From Octopus sinensis (taxonomy: Eukaryota), in contig NC_043002.1 in NCBI RefSeq assembly GCF_006345805.1, positions 23,932,001 to 23,996,000 on the forward strand: a stretch of DNA of 64,000 nucleotides, read 5' to 3'. The notes beneath the pieces are model-generated. The model was given only the letters and a program-made list of their open reading frames with translations. It searched no databases and had not been told where the DNA came from. Position 1 is the first letter of the stretch, and every line of letters starts with the position of its first letter. Below are positions 26,433 to 39,617 of the stretch, piece after piece. The position numbers were made by a program, and so were the translations under genes.

Positions 26433-26754
26433 GAAGTAATGCTTATTGCCACATCAAAACGGCAGTTCGATGTTACTGCTGTTATTAACCCCAGGAAGAG
26501 CCTCCTCCAGCTGGTTATCGATGCAATCTGCATGCTGCATATATATTGCAAGTAGGGGAAGATGGGCACAAATAGCTCAAAACCATTCAGTCTGGTGATC
26601 TTGTCATCTGCTAGAAGATGGTAGGGGTTTGCTCCCCTGCTTGCAATATATATCGGGTGCAGATTGCATCAATAACCAGCCGGAGGAGGCTCTTCCCAGA
26701 TTAAAACGTTTGTAACATCAAGCAGCCATAGTGATGTGGTAATAAACATTACTT
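26433..26754. mobile_element. Foldback/MITE with ~125-bp inverted arms
   Basis: 26433-26558 is reverse-complementary to 26634-26754 (e.g. GGAAGAGCCTCCTCCAGCTGGTTATCGATGCAATCTGCA versus TGCAGATTGCATCAATAACCAGCCGGAGGAGGCTCTTCC). Confidence 0.85.
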
Positions 26755-28259
26755 GATTTAAAAAAACTTGGATGGAAAAAGTCGAAGGCTGCCCATGAGT
26801 CTCAAACCCACATCTTCTGTAAACATGGAAAATGTCTTAGCATTGTACCAAAGCAATCCTTTGAATTTCTCTATCTATTTTGGAAGCTGGTATTCAAAAT
26901 AGAATATAACGGTTAGAAGAGCAGAAGTCTGCACCAGCAGTCCTTTTCATTGATCCTGAAAGAATAAAAGATAAAGTGGACCTCAACAAATTTTGAACTC
27001 AGGATGCAGAGAGCCACAGCTAATATCAAAATGTATTCTATCTAACACTCTAAAAACAATTGACTACTTTACATACATACATACATACTCCTGAGTGTTA
27101 TACTAATACATCTGTTTGTTGTGTACACCACCTGTCTTCGTCTTTTGTTTTTTTCATAAACTCTCCCTACATATATACATACATACATACACACATACAC
27201 ACAGAAATACATACATACATACATACATACATACATACACACATACACACTGAAATACATGCATACATATATACATACATGCATACACACATATATACAC
27301 ATACATGAAAATACATGTACATATGCACACACACATACATATATACATATATACATACCTCACTAAAAATCAGCAAGAAGGAAAATATTTATGGACAACT
27401 GCTTCAAAATCTGCAGTTTCTCTGTTCATAAATTAAATCTACATTTATACCAATAATTATTGGTGCACAGAAACCAAGTCAAAAAAATTAAATTTATAAG
27501 CAAGATGTGCTTCTCTGATTCATCTAGGAGAGCAACGATGAGTCAACCAACAAATGCCAGCATAGAAAGCAAATGTAAAACAATGATGATGATTGTTATG
27601 TCCATGTATGTGCATGTGTGTGTGTGTGTGTACTTGACTGGTACTTTATTGTATTATCCTCAGGTAAAGTTAGCCACAGCAGTTTTTTTAACATAGAATT
27701 TAAAGAGATACAAGTCAATACTACAAGGTATGTAGTCCATCCATAGTCCTACCGTTTCTGCCATTCACAGCAGTAATAATGGCTTTTAATTTAGACCAAC
27801 AGGTTCTGAATTTAGGGGGAAGGTTTTAGTCAGTTTAATCAACCTCAATACCTGACTGGTACCTTATTTTATTGTTTTAAGAATGATAAAATACAAAATT
27901 GACCTTGGTAGAATTTGAACTTAGATTATAAAGATTCATATCTATATAATACAAAGCATTTTGTTTGATGTTCCCTCATTCTTGCCATCCTTAGTATTAA
28001 TAATCATAATTCAAGTGTTAGATCGATGTCTGTGTTTTTTTGTATAGGCTAAACTTAAAGATTATCTTTCCTGCTATATGTCTAGCTTCACTGCTTACCA
28101 ATAGCTGTGTAGCTGTGTTAGTATTGCAATGTCTGATCTTTGTGTGGGTATTGATCACTGATATAGATCGATCTATTGATTGAGTGGCTGATTGATTGAT
28201 TCTTTAATCAGTAACAGGGCTCGGAACACAGAGAGGTGTAGATTAGTATTTATTATTGT

Positions 28260-28960
28260 GTGGGAGGACAGAAAGGGAGAGAGAGAGAGGAGGGGGAAGC
28301 AGATTGAGAAAGGAGAAGTGGAAGTAGTGAAGAGAGAGTGAGTAATGTGAGAGGGTGGGAGGGAGAGAAGGTAGAATTGTATTTGAAAGAAGGGGAGTAA
28401 GGGGTAGAAGATGGGGAAGGAAGAAAATAGAGGCACAAAGATAGAAAGGGCTGAAAGAAGGGATGGGAAGGGAATGTAGGGGGAAATATAAAAGTGACTG
28501 AGAAAGATACAAAGTGTTGAGAGAGGGAAGAAAGTCAGAAAGAAAATGAGAGTGAGAGAGAGAAAGAGAAAATAAGAGAGAAGGAGAAAACAGATAGGAA
28601 AGGATAAAAAAGAAAATAAAGAACACATTAACAAATGAAGAATGCATAAAAATATATAGAGGAGAAAGAGACTGAGTGATAGACTGTTACTGAAAGGAAA
28701 GGAAAATACGAAGGAGAGAAGAGGAATTGAAGAGAAGAGAGGCAACTATTGAAAGATAATCAGATTGAGAGAGGCAGGCAGATAGAAATAAGCAAATATA
28801 TGATAAGAAGATAGATAGAAAGAGAGAGAAGCAGACACAGACAAACAGATAGGTAGACAGAGAGACCCAAAAAAATAGAGACAGAGAGAGACAAATAGAC
28901 AGTTAAACAGGCAGACAGATAGAGAGACAAACAGGGAACAGGTCAACAGACAGAAAGGAA
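28260..28960. repeat. Purine-rich low-complexity tract (GA-rich, GACA/GATA)
   Basis: Directly visible; explains the F/L/S-rich minus-strand ORFs. Confidence 0.9.
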
Positions 28961-29314
28961 TTAATCAGATACGTTCAGAACATGTGGGGAACCAAGGGTC
29001 TAACACTTCGGACACTTGCCCTTTGTCTGAAAGTGAAGAAGATAAAGAGAGAGAGAGGGGGAAGAGACAAAAGAGAAAAAACTAAAGAGGAAGAGTAAAC
29101 AGAGAGAGAAAGTTGTAGGCAAATAAATTTTAGAATTTTCTCTCCTCCTTGTCTTTCTTTGAACTTTCAGTGAGTCCTTCTGTGAACTCTTCTATGGCTT
29201 GATAAATACCATGTAACTGTTGCTCTTTATCTGTTTGCCTCTATATTACCATTGACACTTATATATCTCTCTACCTGTCAATCACTATCTGTAACAGTTT
29301 TTTTTTTTTTTTAC

Positions 29315-29385
29315 CTGGTCAGGCTGTAAAAGGTGATGTTTGTTGACATTTCCCATTGTTGCTAGATCTGTGCTGTTGAATTGCT
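29315..29385 (-). other. Candidate 71-nt exon of an unannotated minus-strand transcript
   Basis: Acceptor CTTTTTTGCTTCCAG and donor CAG|GTAAAA around unique sequence. Contains ATG (29356) reading MGNVNKHHLLQPDQ to the exon end. Confidence 0.35.
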
Positions 29386-30129
29386 CTGGAAGCAAAAAAG
29401 TCCCTTTCTTGATTAAAAGGTAAGGGTTGGTGACAAGTAGTTCATTTTAGTTGTAAAACTTTTGCCTCAATTCTCTTCAGCCTAAGCTATGTTAGCATGG
29501 AAAATAGATATTAAATTAAATGAATAGACAAAATCTATGCAGAAGCCCATTGGAAGGACAGTTGTTTTTCTTGGATGGTTTACATAATAGCTCCCAGTTT
29601 TAACACTTTTATCTGGCCCCTTGGATTCCTGTAGTGGTGTTTGTTCTTTTTGTAGTAAACATACAAGTTAGATCTCTGGTCTGAGGATAACTTCCTCCCA
29701 CCAGTCAGTTTGTGTGACCTTTCTTTTTCTGACTCATCAACATGGTTTCGATGTCCACTTTTCATGCTTGCATGGACCAGATTCAATTCAGCAAAGCAGA
29801 TATTTTATGACTAGATGCTCTTTCTGCTGTAAAAGCTTGTCTGTTCCCAAGAAAAGTAATTTTTCCCCTGGTCCTTTGAATGCAAACAACACATGGTCAG
29901 ACATGTTTTTACAGAAGGTTGCACATTAAAGCTTGTATGATGGTGAAGTTTGGTTAGAATTAGCATGCAATATCAGGAGAAGAGTAATGGGGGTGTGGGG
30001 TGATGGTAGTGGTCAGAGTGATAATAGTAGTGGTGATAATTGTTTTAATGATGGTTGTTGTTGTTGTCAGGTACTTCTGGTCAACATTGCTCAAACTGAT
30101 CAATTTTCAGAAGTAGATAACTTGATCAC

Positions 30130-30410
30130 TAAGACCCAATAACATTGAGGCCAAGCAATATTGAGACACAGTTATCATGAAACTCAACCATGTTGAAACA
30201 GTCACTTTGAGCTCAGATGCAATAAGTCACAACGTGGAGACCCAACCACAATAAGACCAAACAACATTGAGACTAAACATTTAGACATTGCATTGTGTTT
30301 AAACAATAAAGTGACACGACCACATTCAAACCAAACAACTTTGAGACTTAGTCACATAGAGTACCAGCCATATTGTGACTCAGCCATAGATTCCAGCATT
30401 GCAGATACTT
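30130..30410. repeat. Degenerate ~16-bp minisatellite (approx. TTGAGACTCAACCACA)
   Basis: TTGAGAC/TGAGAC/TAAGAC motifs recur at about 16-nt spacing. Confidence 0.6.
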
Positions 30411-32469
30411 CATCCTTGACTCAGATCAGGAACCACACTTCACACTATAATGCAGCAGGACAGATTGGAAATGTTGTATGGTGTATAGTGTAATAGTGAG
30501 GGTGTGTGTAGAGTGTAAAATGTGATAGTTAGGATGTGTATGCTATGTGTGGTACTGTGTTGCAGTCAGGCTGTTATATGGGATGTAGTGAAGTAGTTAG
30601 AGTGTGTTATGTAAAGTATTATGTTACTATCATAGAAGCACTATGTGGAGTAGAAATCTGGCAGTTTGGGTATGTTATATTATATGGATTATACTGTAGT
30701 AGTTGTGATGTGTTATGTGCGAAATAACTGGGAATGTTGTGTGGTGTATGAAGTGTTGTGTACAGAATGTTAGATTATCTGGTGTGTGGAATGTTGAGTA
30801 CAGAATGTTAGAGTATCCAGTGTGTAGAATCTTATATTGAGAGGATTAGTCAGAGTTTCCAGTGTGTGGAGAGTGGTGCTGAGTTCAGGTTGACCTGTGA
30901 GATTAAAATGGAGAGGAAAGTCCTCCATTCAGTTAACTTACCTTACATACACCACATAATGATGAAGTTGTCAGTGGTACCTCAATAACCCCCAAATGCC
31001 CAGAGATTTACCGTTGATAAATCAAAGGGAAATTCCCAATTTTAGTTGATTTATTTTTTGGTGAAATATTTTTTTCTGTTTATATTTATATTTTATCTGT
31101 GTGATTATGCACAAAACCGTTCCAGAAATGTATTGCCAACCATTGAATGCTGCACACTGCAGCTGTCGCTGTTGTATTTCACAGCTTTGGTTAGCAACTG
31201 CCTGCTTAAGTTAGCAACTGCTGCAGCTAGAAAACATCATCTCTGTTCTCACTGCAGCTGAAGTTGTCTGTGTTACATTATATGTCATTCTAATTTAACA
31301 TTGTATATACTGAAATGCATTTCTCTCGACAACTTGTATGGATTAGACTAAAAGGAAAAAAAAATAAATGAATGAAATATATGCAAAAAATAATGATATT
31401 AATAATTCATTAATTATTAAGATTTCTTACATTGATTGGCAATAAATTTTGATTGGTCATAAATTTTGTAGAATGAATGGAGGAGTGGAGTTGGTTTAAT
31501 CAAAAACCAGTTATGTTTGTTTCTTCTGTTTTTATTATTTTTCGTCATGAGTCAGCCAGAGGAGGAAAGAAAGCATCCCAGATTTTTTTTCAGAGTTCCT
31601 GTCAAGAGTATGGGTCAAGCACAAGACAAACCATGCTTTACAGGTACAGTCTGTCTGACAGTCTCTTCCATGCTTTCCATCAACCTGTTCTTACTCACAG
31701 GGCTTGGATTGACCTAAGTCTATAGCAGGAAGTCACTAACCCAAGATACCACCACACAGTAAGATTGAACTCAGAATCACAAGGAGCAAATTGTCAGAGC
31801 CACTGGAGCACTAAATAGAATCCTTCATGGTATTTGTTCCAGCTCACTATATTCTGAGTTCAAATCCTGTAGAGGTCAACTTTGTATTTCATCTTTGCAA
31901 GTTTGATTTTTTTTTTAAATGTACCAATTCCAAGCAATGAATTAACAGTGGATTAGCAGAATGATGGATGAGATGCCTTGTGGTGTTTGTTCAAGCTCTT
32001 TGCATTCTGAGATTAAATCTTGCCATGGGCTACTTGGGCAATAGACTTCACCAGTCACCCGGTTTAACACCATCACTTGGTATCTTGAGTGAATTTAATA
32101 GAGTGCACCCTATTGGAGGCATTCAGGCCAAGTCTCCAGTTTGAGATACTCTCTTACTTCCCGGCCACCAGTCTCAGAGGCTCTTTAAAGGTTCATAAAC
32201 ACTGACTCCCCTTCTAACTATTATCATCGTTTTAACATCCACTATTCATGCTTGCATCAGTCAGGAGTTTATTGAGACAAATTTTCTATATCCGGATGCT
32301 CTTCCTGTTGTCAACCCTTATCTGTTTCCAAGGAAAATAATATTTTCCCATGGCCAGACATGTTTCTACAGAATATCGAAAATGAATGACATCCATTTAC
32401 AACAATCGTGCAATGTCAAGACAGAGAAACACAAGTATATACATACTTACACATACATACAGAGTAAAG

Positions 32470-32805
32470 AGTAACGGTCCCCTTTGGTCATGAATGACCA
32501 TGAGATTGCACTTAGAAAGTTCCCCACCAAGGCACAAGTCCAGGCAAGGTTGTTTATAGAAGACCAGCAGTTGCCCATGCATACCAGCCTCCTGTCTCCG
32601 TGCCACTGATGTTATCCAAGGGAAAGACAAAGGCTGATATAGCTTGGCACCAGTGACATTACGACTCATTTCTACTGTTGAGTGAACTAGAGCAATGTGA
32701 AATAAAGTGTCTTGCTCAAGAACACAATACATATCCCGGCCCAGGAATTGAACGCACAACCACATGATTGTGAACCAAATGCTCTAATCACTGAGCCATG
32801 TGCCT
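32470..32805 (-). mobile_element. SINE family B copy nested in an RTE-tailed family A SINE
   Basis: Reverse complement of 8022-8355. Flanks at about 32225-32460 and 32835-32945 are tail and head parts of another SINE. Confidence 0.85.
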
Positions 32806-33369
32806 TTCTCTCTCTCTCTACACACACATCAAGCTTCTTTCAGTTTCTGTCTACTAAATCCACTCACAAGATTTTGCTTGGTCTGAAGGTTTAGCAGAAG
32901 ACATTTGCCTGAGGCACAACACATTGGAACTGAATCTGAAACTATGTATTTTAGGTTCAGTTCCACAATAAGCTTCTCACCCCCATGTGCGAAGTAGCTG
33001 GGAATGTTGTGTGGTGTATGAAGTGTTGTGTACAGAATGTTAGATTATCTGGAGTGTGGAATGTTGAGTACAGAATGTAATAACACTTGTGGATTACTGG
33101 TGTTTTAATGATTATAGAAGGATAAAGTTAATAAACTGCTGGCTCTAGATTTGAATTTCTGATACAAAAAGCAATGAAACTAAAATGTTTCTGCCAATAC
33201 AACACCCTTAATTATTTCCCAATCATGATAACAATAACATCTTCTTTGTATTTGCTACAAGAGCAATAATGGATAAGGGGGTCAGTAACAAGGACAACCT
33301 CACAAAATTATGAATTGTAAAAAATTAATCACAATAATGCCAGTAGCAACAACAACAACAACAATAACA

Positions 33370-36300
33370 ATAGTAAACCAAATAAGAGAGGATAGAGGCA
33401 AAAAGCAAACCAGATGAGAGAGAGATTATAGGTGAAGAGTGACCCAAATAAAAGAGGATACAGGCAAAGAATGTTGGGAATTTGGAATGAGATAAGCATG
33501 TTTGCAATGACAGAACTGAAGTTTGCAGAGCAGGCACATTCTGTAAAGCTTAATGGCTATCCATCGAACCTAGAAATAAGAGAAATTAAACAGGAAATCA
33601 AAAACCCAAAAGAGGACTATAGGGGAATCTAAGGTTAATGTGAGTGAAGAAAAAAAACACTGAGAGAAAGTGTTAAACTATCATATTAGAAATGGGAATG
33701 AGATAGGTAGAGAGGAATTACAAATGTTGTAGGATAGTCAGAGTGACAAAGAGATCGTATTATTGAGCAAGATATTTAACTAACTTGAACAAAATAGTAA
33801 TGAGAAACCAGCCAACCTAAGAGGGTATGACAGAAAGACAATAAAGCAAAAAAAATAAAAAGCAAAAGAAGCTGAGTGTTAGTATATGTTCCACTTCTCT
33901 CTCTCCTGGAAGTAAATAACCTGTATGAGGCTGTTAGAGGAGTAGTAACAAAAAAGGTTGGCTACAAGGCAGGTAAACCAAGAATATTCATCTTAGTGAA
34001 AAGACAGTTTAAAATGATATCAAGTGTATGATATGAGAAGTAAGTCAACTATTGTAATTTGTAAGAAGATGCATTAAAAAATGAAAGAGTCATCAAAACT
34101 AGAAAGAAAATACAATGTTAAAAAGAGAGAAATGAATGTTGTAATTGAAAAACTGAAGCAAAGAGTGACATTAGAGGCAGCAAGTATAATGTGATATGAG
34201 AACAGAATAGATTAGTTTCAGCAGAGTAGGTTGTGTTAAAGTAAGCAAAAGAGATTATTTGGAGAGAGTAGAAATACATAATGTTGAAATACCAGATACA
34301 GAAAGTTTTGAAGTAATATATGAAGCAGGAAAGGTATCCGCTATGTAAAGGCAGATAGAAGCAGAAAAGTAAAATATGTAGATCAACAGGTTGACATCAT
34401 TATCACTCCAAAGTTTGTTGTAAAATAATCTTTCAAATTGCCTAATTGGAAGGCATCTGGGCCAAACAGAGTAAAAGCTTTCTAGCTGAAGAACATTATA
34501 ACACCCAGGTGGGCATTAAGTTATTAAATGAATGCCTTCAGACTGGAAGCTGGATAGAGTAAGATAACACATTAATGAAAGACACACACTGCTGAGGTCT
34601 CAAACTACAAATCAATAACTTTATCACTGATATGGAAATTGTTAACAAGTGTGTTTGTGGATAAAATTTGTCCATTTTTTTGAAAAACAGAAATTTCTCT
34701 CCAATGAACAGAAAGAGTGCTGGACAAATACCAACTATTAATCAATAAATAATTTCAAGAGACCACGAACTGGTTTAGCAATGAGTTGGTTGATTACAAA
34801 TAAAGCATATAGCATGGTTCCTCACACTTGGATTTTTAAGACACTCAAAATGTTAAAAATTGCAAATAAGAGTAAGCGTGGAAATTGGTAACAGAACTAA
34901 CAGCAGAAGTTCCAACCCTCTTGGAAAAGTCAAACTATATTAAGTTATTTTCCAAGGTAATAGCTAGTCACCCCTACTGCTGGTCTTTGCTGTTATCCAA
35001 GTCTTCCTAGAACTGAGGAATGTAAAAGATGGCTATAGCCAAGGAAAAGAGAGAAAAATAGTTAACCATTTGGTATTCATGGATGATCTTAAGTTATATG
35101 GCAAGGCTGAGAGAGATTTGGCTATTCTTGTCCGCAGTGAGAGTGTTTAGCAGTGATATCAAATTGGAATTTGGTATTTCTAAGTGTGGAATACTTGAAA
35201 TGAAGAAAAGGAAGTACCATTAAAAGTGATGAAATAAATCTACTGAATGAGCAATTGATGCAGCAAATTAATAAAGATGATGATTATGAATATTTGGGAG
35301 TCTTGGATAGAACAAAACAATTAAAGACAAAATCAGGAGAAAATATTTCTAAAGGATTAAGAGGATATTAAAATCCAAACTGAATGGCATAAATACCATC
35401 TTTGCCACAAACATTAGAACAGTATCCATCATTAGATACTGTGTCAGCATAATCAAATGAACAACAGAAGATCTTAAGAAGTTAGATGGAAAAACAAGGA
35501 AATTGTTGACAATACACAGAACACTGCACCCACAGGCAGATGTTGACAGATTATGTTTTAAAAAAAAGGACAGAAGAAGAGGACTGATAAGTGTAGAAGA
35601 TTGTTTGGAAGTAATAATAGAAAGTTCCAGAAAGTATGTTGCTAATTGTAATGAGGTATTGTTGATAGTTGAAAGACAAGAGTGAGTATTTGTAAGAAGA
35701 AAGTAAAAAGTGAAGTTTACTTATTCAGAATGCAACAGAAAATCTATGTGGAAAATTGTTTTTTAAAGCACTAAAGAGTATAAAGATCACAAGTCACTAA
35801 AATGACTAAAGAAAGAAATTTTAAAGAAAATAATAGAGAGCTTGATTCTAGCCGTGCAGGATCAAACAACTGGAATAGAATACATCACAGAAGAATTTAG
35901 ATAAGGAGGACATTTTGGTTGCATGTAGACTATGTGGTGAAAAAGAAGATACAATTATGCATGCAATCTCTCTGAATACAAAATGACTGTTTGAAGGGTT
36001 TAAAAGAAATGGAAACATGACAAAGTTGCTACATTCATACATTAGCAAATCTGTAAAATATTTGGATGTGAATGTGTTGAAAAAAGTACAACCATTAAAA
36101 TGGAACACATCCTTGAAAAAAACATGTAAGGCTACTATGGAATATGAGAATTCCATAGACAACCAGAATTTTCAAACCAAGATATTGTCACACTAAATGA
36201 AAAGGAAAGAATGTATTAATTGGTGTTGCTTGCCCATTTGACAGAGTTTTAGATAAAGAATGTGAGGGAAACAAAAGTACCTGGATTTAAAACACAAACT

Positions 36301-36560
36301 TCAGAGAATCTGAAAATGCCATTAAGTTGTCTTTATCCCATTTGCAATAGAAGCCTTAGGAACAGTTACAAGAAGGCCTATGTGGTCGGTTGAAGATGTT
36401 GGCTATTGAGATGAATTTCTCGACTCTATAGAAAGCCTGCTTTCTTGGCACAGCAAGGACCATAAAAAAGTTGCTAGACACCTAAATTTGTTGGCTGTAG
36501 CTTGATATCTAGCAATCTAATAGCAGAATAACATTGAAATGCTGAGTGAACAAAAAGAAT
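33370..36560 (+). mobile_element. R4/Dong-type non-LTR retrotransposon, near full ORF but heavily decayed
   Basis: KRGYRQRMLGIW, NWKASGP, NHLVFMDDLKLYG (RT), LHPQADVDRL, AVQDQ...CRLCGEKEDTIMH (zinc knuckle), IPFAIEALGTV (restriction-like endonuclease). Many stops and frameshifts. Confidence 0.9.
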
Positions 36561-36599
36561 GATGGTGATGATGATGATGATGAGGAGGGGACGGAGGAA

Positions 36600-37210
36600 A
36601 TTATTTTTAATTTAGGCACAAGGTCATCAGTTTTGGGTGGTGAGGAGTTAGCCAACATCACTGAACCAACTAATTGGCTGATTCTTCATTTTTATCAGTC
36701 CTGGAAGGATAAAAGACAACATTGACCTCAGCTGGATTTGAACTTAGATCATAAATTATCAGAGCTAAATATCTGAAGGTATTTTGTCTGATGTTCTAAC
36801 AATGCTTCCAATTCACTGCCTTCCAAGGCATATGACCAACAATTTTGAGGAGAGGATTGGTTGATTAAACTGATTCCAGTATTTGATTGGTGCTTTATTT
36901 ATAGATCCCTATAAAGATGAATGGTAAAACTGACTTTAGCAGGGTTTGAACTTAGAATGTAAAGGGATGGAACAAACACCACAAGGCATTTTGTTTAACA
37001 CTTTCATCATTCTGCCAATTCACTGCTTACCAAGAAATAAGGCCAGAAATTTATAGGAGGATTGTGGTCAATTAAGTCAGCCCCAGTACTTGACTGGAGA
37101 TAGCATGAAAGGCAAAACGACCTTGATCGGATCTGGACACAATATGTAAGATGATGGAATTAAATACTACAAAGCCTTTTGTCCACTGCTTCAATGATTC
37201 TGCCAATTCA
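36600..37210 (-). mobile_element. Three tandem old family C SINE copies
   Basis: Repeated GGATTTGAACTTAGA...GCATTTTGT...TTCTGCCAATTCACTGC blocks. Confidence 0.7.
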
Positions 37211-37224
37211 CAATTTCTAAGACA

Positions 37225-37790
37225 AGGTGCAGGCATAGTTGTGTGGAAAGAAGTTTGCTTCTTAGTCACATGGTTCTAGGTTCAAACCCATTGTGTGGCA
37301 CCTTGGGAAATGTTTCAACTTTGGGATGACAAAAGCCTTATGAGAGGATTTGATGAACAGAAACTTTTAAAAAATCGATTGTATGTTTATGTGTGTGTAC
37401 ACACATGTATATGTGTGTGTGTGTGCATGAGTGAGGTATGTACATGCATGTGTGAGTGTGTGTATGTACACATGTGTGTATGTGTGTGTGCACGCATGCA
37501 CATGAGTGTGTCTGTGCAAGTGTGTGTGTGTTACAGTGACTCCTTGCCTTAACATTGCACGATAATTGTAAATGAGTGTCACTGTCATACAAGTGGTGTC
37601 CTTCGTTTCCATCATTCTATGAAAACATGTCTGATCAAGGGGAAATATTACCTTATTTGGTAACAAGTGAGGGTTGGGGACAGGAAAGTCAGCCAGCCTT
37701 AGAAAATTCATCTTGACAAATTCTGTCCAACCCATGTGAGCATGGAAAAGTGGACATTAAAATGATAATGCAGTAAATGATGATGATGGT
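37225..37790 (+). mobile_element. Family A-headed SINE with RTE-type tail
   Basis: Family A head, long (TG)n, then GGGGAAATATTACCTTATTTGG...CCAACCCATGTGAGCATGGAAAAGTGGACATTAAAATGAT. Same layout at 60135-60560. Confidence 0.75.
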
Positions 37791-38444
37791 CGTGGTGGTG
37801 GTGGTGGTGGTGAAGTACAAATTTACAGTAAGTTTATTGTCAATTAAATTAAACTCCATTACTTAACCTGAGATACAAGGGCAAAGGTGAAGTTGACTTC
37901 AACTGGATATGAACTCAGAACACATAAACCCATAGCTAAATACAGCATAAAATTTGGTCCATCACACTGACGATTCTATCATCCATTGCTAATTTTGATA
38001 CAGTCAAGTAAATTAACCGATATATTTTAATAGATACTTTCTTTGCTGACCTTAGAAGGATAAAAAACAAAATGGAGCTCTTTGAGATATGATCTGAGAA
38101 AACAGAAATTAAACTAAATCTGCCATGTCTGGTCTATTTGATAACAGAAATGTGGGATGTTGAGATGTTCATGCCTTTTCCTAATGACATGAATTACATT
38201 AAAGAAGATATAGAAAATGAAACTGGGACCACATCCTAACGACACTCAACCAACACTGTTGCTGCTGCTTTAAGCAAGTGATTGAGCCTCTGTGCAACTC
38301 TTTGAGCCATTAGAAATAGCAGTCAAGTCTCCCTCAAAATCATGACTCATTAGAAGGACACATTGGACAATGTAGTCATGGATATACCAAAAGATGGGAT
38401 GGTCATCGCTAGAGTGTTTTCAATCAACAATAACCTAGTGTTGA

Positions 38445-38955
38445 ATAAGAACTACTACTACTACTACTACTGTTGCTGCTGCTATCCTTATAACAACCAT
38501 TACGACACCCACTTCGAAAAACGACCACCTCTACGACTACCGTTACCATTACATCAACTACTATCACCACCACTACCCCAACAACTACCACTAACACCAC
38601 AACAGCTACCCTTATCATTATAACAACTACCACCATCAACTTCATTACTACATTGACAACTACCCGTACTGCAACAGATCTCCCATCACAACCACTACTC
38701 CAACTGTCACCACCTCTACAACAACTACCACCTCTACTACTACTACAACAAACATTGCCACTACAACAGCTACCGCCACTATTGGCTTCACCATCACCAC
38801 TACCACCACGACCACCTCAAAAAAAAATCCACCCACGACAACCGTGACAACAACACCCACCATTATCTTCACACAGCCTCCGCAATTATGACCACCACAA
38901 CTATTACAACAACAACAACAATCACTATAAACATCATCATCACAAACATCATCAT
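38445..38955. repeat. Cryptic trinucleotide tract (ACT/ACC/ACA)
   Basis: Directly visible; phase shifts break any single Thr-rich frame. Confidence 0.85.
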
Positions 38956-39044
38956 TGCAAGTAGCAAATCAGGTGCATGCGTGTGTGTGTGTGTGTGTGT
39001 ATGTCTTTGTAGTGTGTGTGTGTAGTGATTTTGTAATAGGTATT

Positions 39045-39586
39045 GTTTTGTTTAGCCCCAGGTGCAGCTTGACCAATGTTGAAAGACAGTCCAGCCAGAA
39101 ATACCACCGCGACAACATTGTCCAAGACAGTAAGGTGTGATTTGAGGGAAATGTAGCTGCTATTTTTAACAGGTCAACCAACAATACAAAGGCTTCATGG
39201 TTAGTCAACAGTTATGTGTGTGTAGGTGTATGTATTGATGCAGTGCTAATCAGTGAGTCAGTGTGTGCGTATGTGTGTATGTGTGGGTATATGTATGTAC
39301 GTGCATATGTGTTGTAAAACTGTGGTGGCTATGTATGTGTATGCTTTGCAGTGAATGTCTAGGAGTGCGTATTCTGTGTTTCTTGTGATATATATGGGGT
39401 TTAATGTGTACGTGTATGTGCGTGTGCTTAAAAGTGTAGAGATAATGAATGTATGTATGTATATGTGTGTATATATGTGCCTGTCTATGCAGGTGTGCAC
39501 ATATGCATATATATATATGTATATATGTATGTATATATCTGTATGTGTGTATATGTGAATACACACATACACACACAAACACATTC

Positions 39587-39617
<31 letters not shown>

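Noticed and set aside
27088-27166. Minus-strand exon between microsatellites
   Set aside because: The apparent GTATGT donor and TGTAG acceptor derive from flanking (TATG)n repeats.
28173-28946. Hydrophobic membrane-protein ORFs
   Set aside because: Translation of the pyrimidine strand of a GA-rich low-complexity tract.
38363-38955. Mucin-like Thr-rich exon
   Set aside because: Frame shifts within the tract, no clear splice sites, and the upstream part is an interspersed repeat.
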